From Lama glama (taxonomy: Eukaryota): a stretch of 64,000 nucleotides of DNA. The position numbers and the translations under genes are program-made. Position 1 is the stretch's first letter, and every line of letters starts with the position of its first letter. The notes beneath the pieces are model-generated. The model saw only the letters and a list, made by a program, of their open reading frames with translations. It had not been told where the DNA came from and made no database searches. This document shows positions 39,467-51,889 of the stretch, one piece after another. The stretch covers positions 2,854,001 to 2,918,000 of the forward strand of contig CM052817.1 of the NCBI GenBank assembly GCA_028534125.1, read 5' to 3'.

Positions 39467-41854
39467 GACAGGTTCTTTTCTGGCCTCATAGGACCCCTTT
39501 TATGGCTCACACTCCGAGGGTAAGGGAGGTGTGGCCGACTCAGTGGTTTCCTTTCCCTGCCGAGCCCCCCGCCCCCCACCCTGAGTAAGAGGCTCATTTC
39601 AGGCTAGGTGAGGCTGCTAGCGACCCCATGGCCATCGCTCTGTGGTCTGAGCCCATTTTGTGGCTGTGAGTGACTTTGTCCAAAGCCTCAGGACAGGAAG
39701 AGTCTTGGGACTTCGGGGACCCAAACCCACCTCGTAGGCACCTGTGGGTCTGAGCTGAATTGGCTGGAATCTAGAGGCCAAGCTCTTCTTGCTTAGCTAG
39801 AAATCCCTTCAGACTCACTGGCCTTTCGGTGGAGTTTATCCACATGCAAATCCCCCCACCTCTCCCACATGGGGGTGGTTGGTCTTGGGGTCCTGACCAA
39901 CCAGAAAAGGACCCAAGCATCAACACCCCCATTGTAGGCAGGGGGGCCCTGGATTCCTTTCCCAAACTGAAGCATCTTGGAGAAAAGATTCCGCTGGGAT
40001 AGTGAGCAGCTCCCAGGACAGTCTAAGTGAAGTGGGTCATTTGTCCCCGGGCCAGCACTGATCATTAGGGGAACCCACAAGCAGACATGAGCCTCTAGCG
40101 GAGTCTCCAACTGGGGAGCCCAGGGCGTCACCTGAAAGTCAGAAACTCACCCACCATTTTGGAGAGGTGACCTGACTTGTTCAAGGTCACACCATCAGTG
40201 GCCCAGGGGGATGATGGGTAAGTTCCCTCACCTGCTGAGCCTCAGTTTTCGCATCTGTAAAATAGATACATATTCTCACAGGGTCATTGTGTGTGAGGGA
40301 CACTCAGCACATGGTGGCTGGACACAGAGGAGGCACTGGACGGGGACCTTGAAGGATGAGTCAGGCTTCCACAGGTGGAGTGGGCAAGCACAGCACTCCC
40401 AGGAGAGAAGGCAGCGGGAGCCAGAGCTGGTGCTGGGACCTCAGAGGACAGCTTTGTGAGAGAGTCTGGGATCATGGGCCAGTGGGAGATAAGTCAGGGA
40501 ACCCGATGGACACTGGGCTTAGAGGCTTGGTGGTGGCTCTGAGGACTGAGCTGTGTTCTGTGGGCTGTGGGGAGCCATACAAGGTTACTGAGCCAGGAAG
40601 GGACCTGAGAAGAGGGTGCAGCACGTGCTTGAGCTCAAGGCCACCCTCCCAGATCCTGCCACCTTGCCAGTTTGAGAAGCTTGTCCTGGGGGCTCCATCG
40701 TCCTGGCTGTCCCCTTGCCATGAGCCCTGTGGACTTAAGGGAACACACTCCCACTGGGTCAAAATGGAGAATTTCTCAGACGCTTGAGACTTGAGAAGCC
40801 AAATCAGATTAGACACTGGGCTGGTAGGGGTGGGGGTGTGTCTAAGGGGTCTGCTCCAGCTTGTCCAGTAAGACAGGGGCCTGCCTAGGACTGCAGGACG
40901 TCTCCCAGCGGCCAGCTCCTGCTCAGGGCCTCTGGACATGAGTGTCAGGGTGTTTTTCTGGAACTGTGTGCCCACATCTCTGGAATCTCTCTGGGACACC
41001 AGGTCGGTGTCCAAGGATGCTCTAGGCCCTGAGGGCCACGTGGCGAGTTCCTGCTGTGGCCTGCCTTAGTGTCCAGCACCCTGCCTGCACTGTCTGAGCC
41101 CCACTACACCACGGAGCACTGCACAGCTGCGATGGGCGAGGCCTCGGGTAAATGGCCATCCAGAGCTCTTGGCCCAGAGCTGGCAGAGCTGGCCTCCATT
41201 GCCCTCACTGGCTGGACATTAACAAGCCTCCTAGTTAAGGCAATCCACGGTGGCTCCTCTTCCTGGTCATGGCAGGGTGATCATGTCTGGCTATGGGGGG
41301 CTCTCTGGGTGAAACAGGAATCTGGAGTTTTCCCCTCTTTGACTCCATGCGAACTCTGCCCTTGTTCACTGGGGCTGGGGACAGCTGGCCTGCAGTCTGA
41401 CCTGGCATCCTTCCCTGGGCTGAGCAGCTGCGCCCAGGCGCCTGGGGGACTTAGGTGAGCTATCCACATGGGAACTGGCTGGGACAGCCCTGGTTGAATT
41501 TGGAGCAAGCAGGACCAGTTTCTGGAACCAGACTCAGGTTCCAGGGCAGAGAGCTCAGAGCTGCTGGGTCATGCCTGCAAGGAGCAAAGTGATCACAGCG
41601 CAGGAGGAATGGCATTCTGGAAGAGCAAGGGGAGGTGGGTGGAGCCCAGGTACGCCTGAGGATCCCCGGTCGGTCGGGGGGCTGCAGTGGGCGGGGCTGC
41701 AGTGTGGGAGGGGCGACTGGTGGGTGGAGACTTTGTGGGCGGAGCCTGCTGTGGGTAGAGCTGCAGTGGGCACAACCTGCAACAGGTGGAGGCTGGGCAT
41801 GGGCTGCACCTGCCTTGTGAGCAGGGGTGGAGCAGCAGGAGGGAGACTGACCCG

Positions 41855-41990
41855 GGGTTGAATCCCAGCTCTGCCCCTCCTGGCTGTGTGGCTTTGGGCT
41901 GGTTAGTTTAACTACCTGAGCTCAGTTTCTAGCTTTGCCAAATGGGAATAAGAATGTCCACATCCTAGGGTGGCTGTGAAGACTCCAGGC
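41855..41990 (+). mobile_element. MIR SINE fragment
   Basis: GGTTGAATCCCAGCTCTGCCCCTCCTGGCTGTGTGGCTTTGGGC...CTGAGCTCAGTTTC...AAATGGGAATAA. Confidence 0.7.
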
Positions 41991-42184
41991 AAGGTCACAC
42001 CAGACTTTGGGTGCTTCCTTTCCTGGATCAAAACTGCAGGTGCTTCCTCCTAGGACTTTGGCTGTGGAGGCAGGGATTTTACTGTCTCTGGGTAGGTCTG
42101 GAGCAAACTTCAGGCAGGGCAGGTGCAGAGGTGGGAGGGAGGCCATGTACCTGGGGAGAGGTGCTGGGGTGATGGTTGGGGTGG

Positions 42185-42707
42185 CATTTGGGTTTTCTAT
42201 GGCTGTGCAACAGACCACCCCAAACCTTCATGGTATCGAACAACCATTCTGTTACACTCAGGAGTCCTGAGGGTCGAGATTCAGAAAAGGCACAGAGGGA
42301 GTGTTTACACATTTCCTTGTTCCCACAATGTCACTGGTTTCAGCTGGGAAGACCTAAAGGCTGGGGTGACTCGGGGCCTGGGGCCTGGAATCTCGGGAGG
42401 TATGCTTGCTCGCATGTCTGGGACGTATAGGGGAGTATGGGCTTCCTCACAACATGGCTGCTGGGTTCCAAACATGAGCACCCTACGAAAGCCAGGCTGG
42501 CGTCTGCGGCGTTATGACCTGGCCTGGAAGCCATATGGCGCTGCTTCCATCATACTCTATCGGTTGGGGCAGTGGCAAAGGTCCCCCCAGTTTCGAGGAG
42601 GGTCTCAGACCCCACCGCTTAGTGGGAGGAGTATCAAAGGCAAACTGGAGAAGAGCCTGTGGGCGGGACCAGTGTTCAGCCATCTTTGAAAGTATAGTCG
42701 GTCACCG
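42185..42707 (-). mobile_element. ERVL-MaLR LTR (MLT1E/F-like)
   Basis: TTCTATGGCTGTGCAACAGACCACCCCAAA...CAGCTGGGAAGAC...GGGCTTCCTCACAACATGGCTGCTGGGTTCC...CAGCCATCTTTG. Confidence 0.75.
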
Positions 42708-44669
42708 GAGTTGTTCAGAAGCCCCTTTGAGGGGCTGAGAGGGATGAGTGCAGAGAAAGATTTCCAGAAGGTTTGGGGGACACGTGGGAGATGCTGAGGT
42801 GTGGGGAATGCAGATGCTGTGGGGAGCGGGAGACAGATGCAGGCAAAAAGGTTGTGGTATTCATCTGATCCACTAAGCACCTACTAGGTGCCAGGCTCTG
42901 GGCTGGGGGCTGGGCCTCTGAGGGTGAGCCAGGCAGGCGTGGAGCCTTCAGAGGAGACAGACATTCTTAGAAGACTCTCAGCACCGCAGAATTAGCAGGG
43001 GAGGAGGCTCAGCTTAGCCACCCTCTTCTGCCGCCCCCGGCCAGCTCTGGGCCGGGCATGAGGACCACGGTGGGTCAGCACCCAGGAGGACCTGGTCTGG
43101 GGCCAACAAAAGTGCTGAAAGGTACATGTGGACATTGGCCGGTTGGAAATATGAGGCACTTCGCTTAATCTATTCCCTCTACAGACGTGTGCGCTGAAGC
43201 CCTGAGTCCAGTTCTTAGACCTCAGACAGAGCAGAGCTCTTCGCTAGCCGTGAGACAGGTCCAGGGCTCAGGCGCACACACAGGGGAACCAGAGGCCACA
43301 CTTGCGGGGACTCGGAAGAGGGCCAGGTCACCTCCCATGTGTCATGGGAACAGCTTCACAGGGAGATGACATCCAAGTGGGGTCCTTGCCATTTGATCGT
43401 GTAATTAGTCAAACAGGCTGTGGGTGGGTCCCAGAATGAGTGTCCCTGTGCCTGGGGTTCAGGCATCGGTGCGTGGGGTTTCCACATCTGTCCCCATCTC
43501 CGTGTCCTTAAGTGTGAGCTCCTTGGGGCAGGAACCTTGTCTGCCTCACCCTCGGCCCCTGCCAGTCAGAGCTTGGCAGGGAGTGGGTACCACTGCATCT
43601 TTACCGGGTAGAAGACAGGTGCTTGAAGAGTCACACAGGACTGGCTGGGCAGGGACAGCCCGAGACCCTCACAGCCGGCTGGATGGGTCAGGCTGCTGAC
43701 GACCTTGGCGGGAACGGGCCAGTCCAGAGAGCCACTTCCTGGCTCCTGGTTATAATTAGCAGTCAGCCCTTAAGTAGGTTAGGATGGGAATGCTCACGCG
43801 TGACTTGGCTTGATTTTCCAACACATAATGCTTGGGAGGGTGGCAGGAGAGGCCCGGGCCTTTTCCTGAACCAGACACGACCTGTAAAGGGTGTCCTGAG
43901 GGCGGGGGAGATGGGCCCCTGAGGCCCTTGTGCCATTAACTCCGTATCTAGAAAAACAGTCTAAAGAAACATCTGCGCCAGAAGGCGCGCTAGCCGTGGC
44001 CACGCCGTGTGTGGGAGCCGCCTCCTAGCCAGGCCTGGCTGGGCGCCCCTGCTGCAGGTCTCCTTCTCGGCAGCCTCGCCCCTCCCCGCCCCCGAGTCAC
44101 AGGTCCCCCCTGAGACCCAGGAGGACGAAGCCAGTACCTGTTGGGCACCAACACCTGTCGGGCATTGTGCCCGAAGCTTCCTCCACTTCTCTGGATTCTA
44201 AACAGTGCCTCCTCCAGATCACAGATGTGAGCGCTGAGGCTTCTTGGATCTCAGTCAGGATCACACAGCTGCCCCTGGATGCGGGTCCAAACCTGGCCTT
44301 GCTGGCCGCTGTCCTGGCTCCTCCAGGCCCGTTCCTGGTAGCGGATCAGGGCTGTGCCCGGACGGATTAGAGGGGAGGAGCCGCACCGCCCACCAGGTCC
44401 CCCCACCGTGAACGTGAGCTCCGTGTTGCTGTTACCAGTAATCGTTCTTTCATTCCCCGCGGGCTGCCTGTGCTGGGACTTCATTATCCCAGGGGACTGA
44501 GTAGTCTCAGCCCCGCGGGATGATCCTTACCACTGGGCTCTCTGTTTCATGTAATTATCGCGGTTGGAGACTTGTTAAACCCAGTGTTGTAGCCGGTCCT
44601 GAAATTGTAGAGAAACCAGCCTGCTGTGTCCAGGCTTAGGTCTGGGCTGTGCTGGTTCACTCTCTCTCT

Positions 44670-45165
44670 CTTTTAAGTTTTTTTTTTAATAGACTTTATT
44701 TCTTAGAGCAATTTTTAGTTTACAGAAAAATTAAACAGAAAGTAGAGTTCAAATACACCACCCCAGCCCCAGCTTCCCCTATTAACATCTTGCATTTGTT
44801 ATGATTGGTGAACCAGTTTTGATACGGTTTTATTAACTAACATGCACAGTTTCCATCTGGGGCCACCCTTTGTGTTGTACATAATATGGGTCTGCACAAA
44901 CGTATAATGCTGTGTATCCACCATCATGGTATCATACGCAGTGGTTTCACTGCCCTAAAAATGCCCTGTGTTCCACCTCTCCATCCCTGCCCCCCGCAGT
45001 CCCTGACAACCACTGATCTTTCACTGTCTCCATGATTTTACCGTTTTGATACTGTCATAGAGTTGGAATCACACAGCATGTAGCCATTTCAGACTGGCTT
45101 CTGTCAGTAGCATGCATCTGAGGCCCCTTCAGGTCTTTTCATGGCTTCATAGCTCATTCTTGATC
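44670..45165 (-). mobile_element. L1 3' end remnant (L1MC-like)
   Basis: A T-rich tail, then AATAGACTTTATTTCTTAGAGCAATTTTTAGTTTACAGAAAAATT...TTTCACTGCCCTAAAAATGCCCTGTG...GTCATAGAGTTGGAATCACACAG. Confidence 0.8.
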
Positions 45166-45592
45166 GTTCTCTATGTAGTGAGGTCTGGCCAGAACTGCCC
45201 CGTCCCTGTCTAGGGACCCATTCCTGTCCTGTCTCGCTATGGGAGGGTCCCGGTCCCCTCTTACCATGGCCAAGTATCACCTCTCCTGGCCCCAGTCCAC
45301 TCTCTGGGCGGCAGCAGCAGTGACCACGGCACTTAGTCTGCTGGCTGCTGTGAGGAGCGGTCCCCCTTATGAAGCACTCGTGTGTGTAGCTGACCTACAG
45401 GAAGGGGCTCTCCTCCCAGTACGGCAGCTGCAGGGGTCCAAGGAATACGTCCATCTTGAGGGGTAAAAAGGCCCACACCTTAGATCCACAGGAGTCTCAG
45501 GCTGTGATGCCAGGGCCAAGCAGGTAGATGCGGGCTGGAGGGAGCACCTGCGCGGGCGTGGTACCTGGACTGACAGGTGTCCGTCCCCACTG

Positions 45593-45626
45593 CGCAGTGT
45601 CTACTTCGCACCACCAGAGGGCAGCA
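45593..45626 (+). promoter_or_regulatory. Candidate CTCF site: core CCACCAGAGGGCAGCA (45611-45626) plus upstream GCAGT motif (45594-45598)
   Basis: Near-consensus CTCF core. The upstream motif sits 12 bp before the core, the spacing I recall for the ZF9-11 motif. Local CpG enrichment. Motif match only; binding is not shown. Confidence 0.65.
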
Positions 45627-46836
45627 CCATGCTCTCACCCCACCACCCAGAGGCCCCGGGAAGGATCCTCTTACAACGCAGCTCTCCCCCGAAACCAAAT
45701 ACATTTCCAGGAAACCAGTGATGTCAGGCTGTGTGTTCCTGAAAAACAGTGGCTACTGTATATCGCACACTTAGGGTTTTCTGGACTCTGGGCTGCCTGC
45801 GGGGCCAGCGTTTCTGCGCGCGGCGCTAGCATCTCGGGGCGGTGGTTTGAGCAGAGAGCGGATGCTGCCCCCAGGGCTCCGACACGGACCCCGGGCGAGG
45901 GTGGTTTGCTGGTTCCCTCTTCCTGGGTTTGAGCCAGATTCCACTGGTGGAAAACCTTGCCTGTCTCCTCATAGACAGATGAGGCGCAGGGTCCATTGTG
46001 TGCCTCACAGATGAGAGGGTAACAGCGTTGATCTTGGTCCCCCCCCCCCCCGAAATCGTGGTGTAGCCTCAGATGTGGACGGGGTGACGTGGGAGCCCCG
46101 GGCAGCTTGGGGGCGCACAGCTATGAGCTGGCACTGTCCGAGGTTTCAAACCGCAAGCTCAACGGCTCGTTCTGCATGGGGAGTCCTGAATTCACGTCCA
46201 GGACACCCTCCATCTCTGTCCCCTCCCACCGATTTCATTAAGTCAGGGATGAGGCGGTTTCTGTGATTATCATATAGAAAAAAGAGCGAGGGGCTTGCCT
46301 GCTGTTGACACTTCACCCAGAATGGAAGTGTCCCCACAGCTCTCAGGACGGCGGGCGGAGCTCTGGGGCCCTCGCCGGACTCTGCACGGTCCAGTTTGCT
46401 GTTTGGTTTCCTGGCACCTCTGGAAATGCAAGCCAGGCGTTGGCATGGAGCCTGGGGTGCCCACAGCAGCTCCGAATTATTCTTCGCACCTCCTTTCCTG
46501 CACCTGCTTCTCTAGGCAGTGTGGCTTTTGTCCCCAGGCACCTGCTATCCTTGGGGTCTTCAGAGCCTCCTCCTGGAAGGTCTGACGTCCTCAGCGTGGC
46601 CTAGGCCCTCCTTTGTGCTGCCCACGGTCCAACTCCCCACCACAGGCAGGACCGCAGAGGAGGGAGCCCTGCTCTGCAGATCAGGGGCAGCGGGACTCGG
46701 GGGTCTGGGGTCCTGGGGGGCAGGCTGGACACTGGGTGGAGAAATGCCCTCCCCTGCCTGACACCCACCTCCTCTGTTTTCACATGGGTGAAGGGACCTC
46801 CTGGCCTGATGCTCGGTCAGTGCTGGTGTCAGCAGC

Positions 46837-46900
46837 TGTGCATGTGTGTGTCTGTGTGTGCGTAGGTGTGTGTGTACGTGTGTGTATCTGTGTGTGTGTG
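46837..46900. repeat. Degenerate (TG)n microsatellite
   Basis: TGTGCATGTGTGTGTCTGTGTGTGCGTAGGTGTGTGTGTACGTGTGTGTATCTGTGTGTGTGTG. Confidence 0.9.
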
Positions 46901-48513
46901 AATACACGTAACCCTCCAATGAATCAGGGTGTGTCTGGAGCATCCCAGGTGGTGGGTGTTTTCGGGGCCCGCACCCCCTCCCCGGGGCCCAGGTGTGGCT
47001 CCAGCCAGGTGGGCAGCTCACCTGCACCAGCAGACTTCCCACCTCAGGCGCCCGCAGCTCCCCGGCTTCTGAGCTTGGGCCTCTGCGAAAACCTGGAAGG
47101 CATTCAGCCCAGATGCCGGGCAGCCCAGACAAGGGAGATGGGTGTTCTGCCTCTGGGGGACCCTCACCCCGGGGGACAGGGGCAGGATCAGCGCCACTGC
47201 CTCCTCGCTTCTGAGGGGCGATCTGAGGCACATTCTGTGTGACTCCCAGGAGGGTATCCGAGGGGGTGACTTGCTCGACCCCACACCATCCTTGCTGTCT
47301 TCTTCCTGCCTCACCCTCCTGTCCCCACTCCCTCCTGCCACCTGGGGTCCCTCAGAGACACCCCATCCTTGCCTCAGCCTCAGGTCAGGGGACCCCAGAC
47401 CAAGATGGGAGGGTTGCATTAGAAGATGTGCATGTAAGCAGAGACCCCCACTCAGAAAGCAAAGTGTCTGATCGGAGCTGGGCAGGCAGGAGGTCGGCCA
47501 CCATCACTGCTCTTGGCAGAGATGCAGAGGCAGGCGGAGGAGTAAGGAGCTTCCCAGGGGAGAGGAGGGGGCTCACGGTGCCTGAAGGGGGCTGGGGGCC
47601 TAGGGGGGCCTGGTACAGCTACCAGAAGTGGGGCGTCCCAGGTGACTGGTCGGGGGGCGGGTTGGACCTCGTCAGGCTGGTCCTGGGTGGGAAGTGGATC
47701 CCTGCTGCTGGGGTCCCTGCGCGGACTGTGCTCTCTGCCAGGCAGCCTCTCGCAAAGCCTGCAGCCCCTCTGCCTCGAGCTCTGGTCCCCAGCCCCTGGG
47801 CATCCCCCGACCACAGCTCTGCCACTTGATGTGTGGCGGATGCTCACCTGGCTGTCGCCACCTTGGGGCCGGAGCTCCACACGAGCAGACCCGCCCGGGG
47901 CCCCGCGTCCTGCACCCTGGCCCCAAGTCCTGCTTCCTGGCCCCGAGTCCTGCACGGCGGCCCCTGTGGAGCTTTTAGAGGACATGAATGAGGAGCAGGT
48001 GGTCCTGCCCAGGCCCCAGGAGCCCCGCCGTCAGGCCCTTTGATTGCCCGCCCTGACCGTCCCTCAGGGGTTTCCAGCGCCTCCTTAACCATCCTAGGTT
48101 GTGGCTGGCTTTAGGAGGGCCAGTGACAATATTCAGGTTGATGTCCCCAAGGCACAGAGGGGATTCAAAGCAAGTTCACAGGAGGACTGTGGTTATTGTA
48201 TTTACAGAGGGAAGACCTGGGTCCCGGATGCAGAAGGACTGAGCTCATGGGGGTGCCTTGCTTCCAAGGCCCTGGAGGGTCAAGGTGGTGCCGGTCCAGG
48301 TTGCAGGAGAATCGGCTGCCCTTTGGGGGGTGTGCACACAGAGGTGGGGGTCAGGATCGCCATCAGGGGTCTCACATCACCCCGCCTCTGCTGGTCCCCT
48401 GATGCCCTCTGGGCTGTCCTGGCGGGAGTGTGGCCCTGAGTCCCCGCACCACTGCTGGTTCGCTCATCTGTGCCCGGCACATCCCAGGTTTAACTCACTC
48501 CTTTTCCCTGCAG

Positions 48514-48657
48514 TGTCGGAGCCCCAGGCCGCTCACGGGCCCCTGGAGAAGCCACCCAGCACGGCGATCCTGTGTAACACATGCGGAAACGTGTGCAAGG
48601 GGGAGGTGCTGCGCGTGCAGAACAAGTACTTCCACCTGCAGTGCTTCGTCTGCAAAG
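48514..48657 (+). CDS. ABLIM2: ABLIM2 coding exon 2 (144 nt; N-terminal part of LIM domain 1)
   Basis: Acceptor CTTTTCCCTGCAG|, donor AAG|GTGAGC. Encodes (V)SEPQAAHGPLEKPPSTAILCNTCGNVCKGEVLRVQNKYFHLQCFVCK with the LIM C-x2-C...H-x2-C-x2-C pattern. Confidence 0.96.
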
Positions 48658-49919
48658 GTGAGCACCCCGGCCTCTCCCATGGCACGCCTGCCCCCCAGCT
48701 GAGATCTGGCCCCCACAGTGTCTCTGGAAACGCCTTAGATCTGGGGGGCTGGAAACACAGATCCCAAAGCCTTATACGACAGTGTGATGTTTTCAGTGTG
48801 GCTGCGTCCCTTGTGGGAGTGGTGGGGGCCTCCGCCCAGTGGGGCAGGTCAGAGGACAAGGTCCCAGGGAGTGTCCTCCGAAGGCTGCAGCAGTGTCTGA
48901 GGACTCAAGTCCAGTGGTCGGAGCAACCTGGGCCCCAAAGGCACACGGTTAAAGGCCAGCCTTGCTGGTGGCATGAACTCAGAGCCTCGGGGTACACAGG
49001 ACCTAAACTGGGCCATGAATACTCGGGTGCCCCCGCCCTCCCAGAGTAGGACCAAGAGCATTACCATTCGTTCCAAATGAAAACTGGCTTTTTCTCTGAT
49101 TATAAAAAGTAATGTAAATAATACACTAAATTCAAACAATACTAAAAAGATAAGAAAAAAGTAAAACAAAATCAATCATGTGACGTCCACCTCTGCGGGC
49201 GGCCGTGGCTGTGAGCGTCCTTCCAGCCTGCCCGTCCTCCCTGGGCTCAGGTCCACGCAGATTCCATTGTGCACAGCTGGGTTTTGTGTATTTGCACTTA
49301 GTTTCCTGAAAATATATGAAAAGCAGCACTTAGGGGAAGGGATGGGCAAACCAGGCCGACATGACAGAGTAACCAAACCCAAAGGGCTGCAGATTTAAAG
49401 GAATTCTGTCAGTGGCCTTACAGACCCACCCACCTTACGTCTGGGCAGTGGGCGGTGTCATCACAGGCGGCTTCCCCGTGGGTTTGACTTGGCTGTTCAG
49501 AGATCACAGAGGTTCGCACACGAGTCTGGCTGGGCCCCAGCGGCAGTGAGGGTCTGCTTTTTATAAGCAAAATTGGGAAATACACCATGTGTAGGTAATC
49601 GAGCACCGTGGGTTTTAGCAACACTGTGGGGCCCCATTAAACTTCCTGAGTCCCCTGAGCCCACAAAGGGTCTCAGGAGGCCACACTGTGTGCCAGGCCC
49701 AGCTTTGGGAAGTGCTGAATACAGAGGCAGTAGATTTACCTTTGACTGGTGAGGTTTGGTGAGGAGATAAATCTACCAGCATGGGTGGAAAAGTCGGCTG
49801 TTAGTGGTAGAAACCAAGTGCTGGGAGGGGGCCACAGGGAAGGGTGGGAGCTTCCAGAGAGGGCATCACAGAGGAGGTGGTGTTTCAGCTCTAATTTCAG
49901 CCAAAGAAGGGCGAGGAGA

Positions 49920-50218
49920 GAATGGATAAGGAAGATGTGGTGTACATGTATAGTGGAATATTACTCAGCCATGAAAAAGAATGAAATAATGCCATTTGCA
50001 GCAATGTGGGTGGACCTAGAGACAATCATACTAAGTAGAGTATGTCAGACAGAGAAAGACAAATAGCATGTGATGTCACTTATAAGTAGAATCGAAAATA
50101 TGACACAAATGAACTTACAAAACAGAAACAGACTCACAGGCATAGAAAACAGACTCACGGCTACCAAAGGGGGAGGTGGGGAGGGATAAATTTTAAGGAG
50201 TCTGGGGTTAGCAGATAC
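49920..50218 (+). mobile_element. L1 fragment (end of ORF2 and start of the 3'UTR), cetartiodactyl type, with no 3' tail
   Basis: GAATGGATAAGGAAGATGTGG...AAAAAGAATGAAATAATGCCATTTGCAGCAATGTGGGTGGACCTAGAG...CAGAAACAGACTCACAGGCATAGAAAACA...GGGGTTAGCAGATAC. Translates EWIRKMW...EYYSAMKKNEIMPFAAMWVDLETIILS, typical of the L1 ORF2 C-terminus. Confidence 0.9.
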
Positions 50219-51229
50219 GAGCACCGACAATGAGCCCACTGCGATGCCCGGCCCGGGGACCCCGGGGGTGGGGGTGGGGGTGGGGTGGGAGTGCTGGGAC
50301 CCCGGCGGGAGGTGGGTGTGGAAATGGCGTGTTCTCAGCATTTCCAGAAATAAGAGCACCGCCCCCGTCCTCGCCTCTGACGTGGAGCCCCAACATGGCT
50401 CCAGGACCCCCGTTCTGCATTGGCACCAGGGGCCCTTTCCTGGGGCGAGGTGACCCGACACCCCACTCGGCCCTGCTGGACCCTCTTTTGCTCATCAGGG
50501 CTTCCCAGGCTTCACAGGACCTGTCTGGTCTCATTTCCTCTCCTCCCCAGACAGATACGCTTGCTGTGTTTCTGAAAAACCAAATCAATCAGACTGCTCT
50601 TTTTAAAAGCTGATTTTAAAAGACAAAGTGGAAGCGCCACTGTATGTAACAGGATTGTCTGGCAGCACAGACCTTAGGAACTCAGTGAAAGGCATTAGAC
50701 GCCCAGAATCCAGTCCATCGCCTGGCCTGACGCACGGGATTTGGTGGAGATCCTCGTCCTTAGCTTCAGCCTCTGAGTAGACGTGGGATGGCGGCCACCG
50801 CTTCCTCAGCAGCCTGGGTGGGGAAACGGGACAGCGTGGGGTGGGCAGGGCTGACCAGCCCTGGGCCTCACCCTCCGTTCTCGGTGGCTGCCCAAGGCGG
50901 TTGCCGCAGTAGTGGTGGAGGTGGCAGGGGTCTGTGGGCCTGCAGGCTCAGTTCCAAGTCCCCCCACTCTCCCTCCCGCCCCCATGCGGCCGTGGAGTCT
51001 CGCCCTGTGCCAGGTGCAGCCTGCAGACACAGCGGGGCCTGCCCTCAGTGGGTGGCGTCTCTGCTCCCCCCGCTGAAGGACGACAGGGACAGCTACGACT
51101 CCTCCCTAAAAGAAAGCTAAGCTTCAGAAACGCTGTGTTTCTTTAAGCATGAGGACTGCGTCGTCTTAGCCTGACTTTTATCCAGGCTCTCATGAAAAAT
51201 GCAAAGTCTGTGAATCACTGAGGGTGCTT

Positions 51230-51790
51230 TTGGATGAATAAAAAAGAAGACCCAGCATATAGTGTGTTCAATTACATGAATATATATCATCTTAGCATGA
51301 TGTCTGGAGGTAGCCCCCTCACCCCTAGAGCCAGTTAATTTAACAGCTCAACAAGGTCATCGAAGACTCAGGTTATTTTGCCACTGTACCCCCAGCCGCC
51401 CCCCCATCTTGTGCATGTCAACAGTGCCTCTCCTCATGGTCTCAATATGGCTGTCAAAGCTCCAAACATTGCATCCTCACAGGTTAATACTCAACCCTGG
51501 GGAAGAGTTTGGGCAGGGATGGGCACAGGCAAAGGGACCCTCCCCTCACGTGGTCACCCCAGTTGGGTAATCAGGGTTACCTCCCTTCCATCAGGGAGGA
51601 GAGCCTTTTCCCTGAAGGCCCCCACACACTTCCTGTATGACTCACTGGTCGGAATGGAGTCACACATTCACTCCCACCAGCAAAGAGGGATGGGAGGATG
51701 TGACTGACACCAGCCGTGTTCGTCCCTGGATTCGTGTGTTGCTAGTCCAGCAGAGCAGGGTCTGCTAGCACAGAAGACAGTTGTGTCTAA
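51230..51790 (-). mobile_element. Old ERVL-MaLR LTR remnant (MLT1J/K-like)
   Basis: CAGCTCAACAAGGTCATCGAAGACTCAGG...CCTCATGGTCTCAATATGGCTG...GCTCCAAACATTGCATCCTCAC...CTCACTGGTCGGAATGGAGTCACA. Boundaries are approximate. Confidence 0.55.
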
Positions 51791-51889
51791 TTCTGATCCA
51801 GTATTTTGGGTTCCCGCCACCCAGGCACTTGTTTGACATGCCTGTATTCACCTAACCTGAAAATCTATGAAAGAAATCACATAAATTTC

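Noticed and set aside
10531..43417. Exact 14-mer ATTAGTCAAACAGG at 10531-10544 and 43404-43417
   Set aside because: Several exact 14-mer pairs are expected by chance in 64 kb, and the flanks share no similarity.
48258..49049. 263-aa single-exon LIM protein (also ORFs 56465-57151 and 61555-62091)
   Set aside because: Only the splice-bounded parts resemble ABLIM2. The flanks are intronic read-through.
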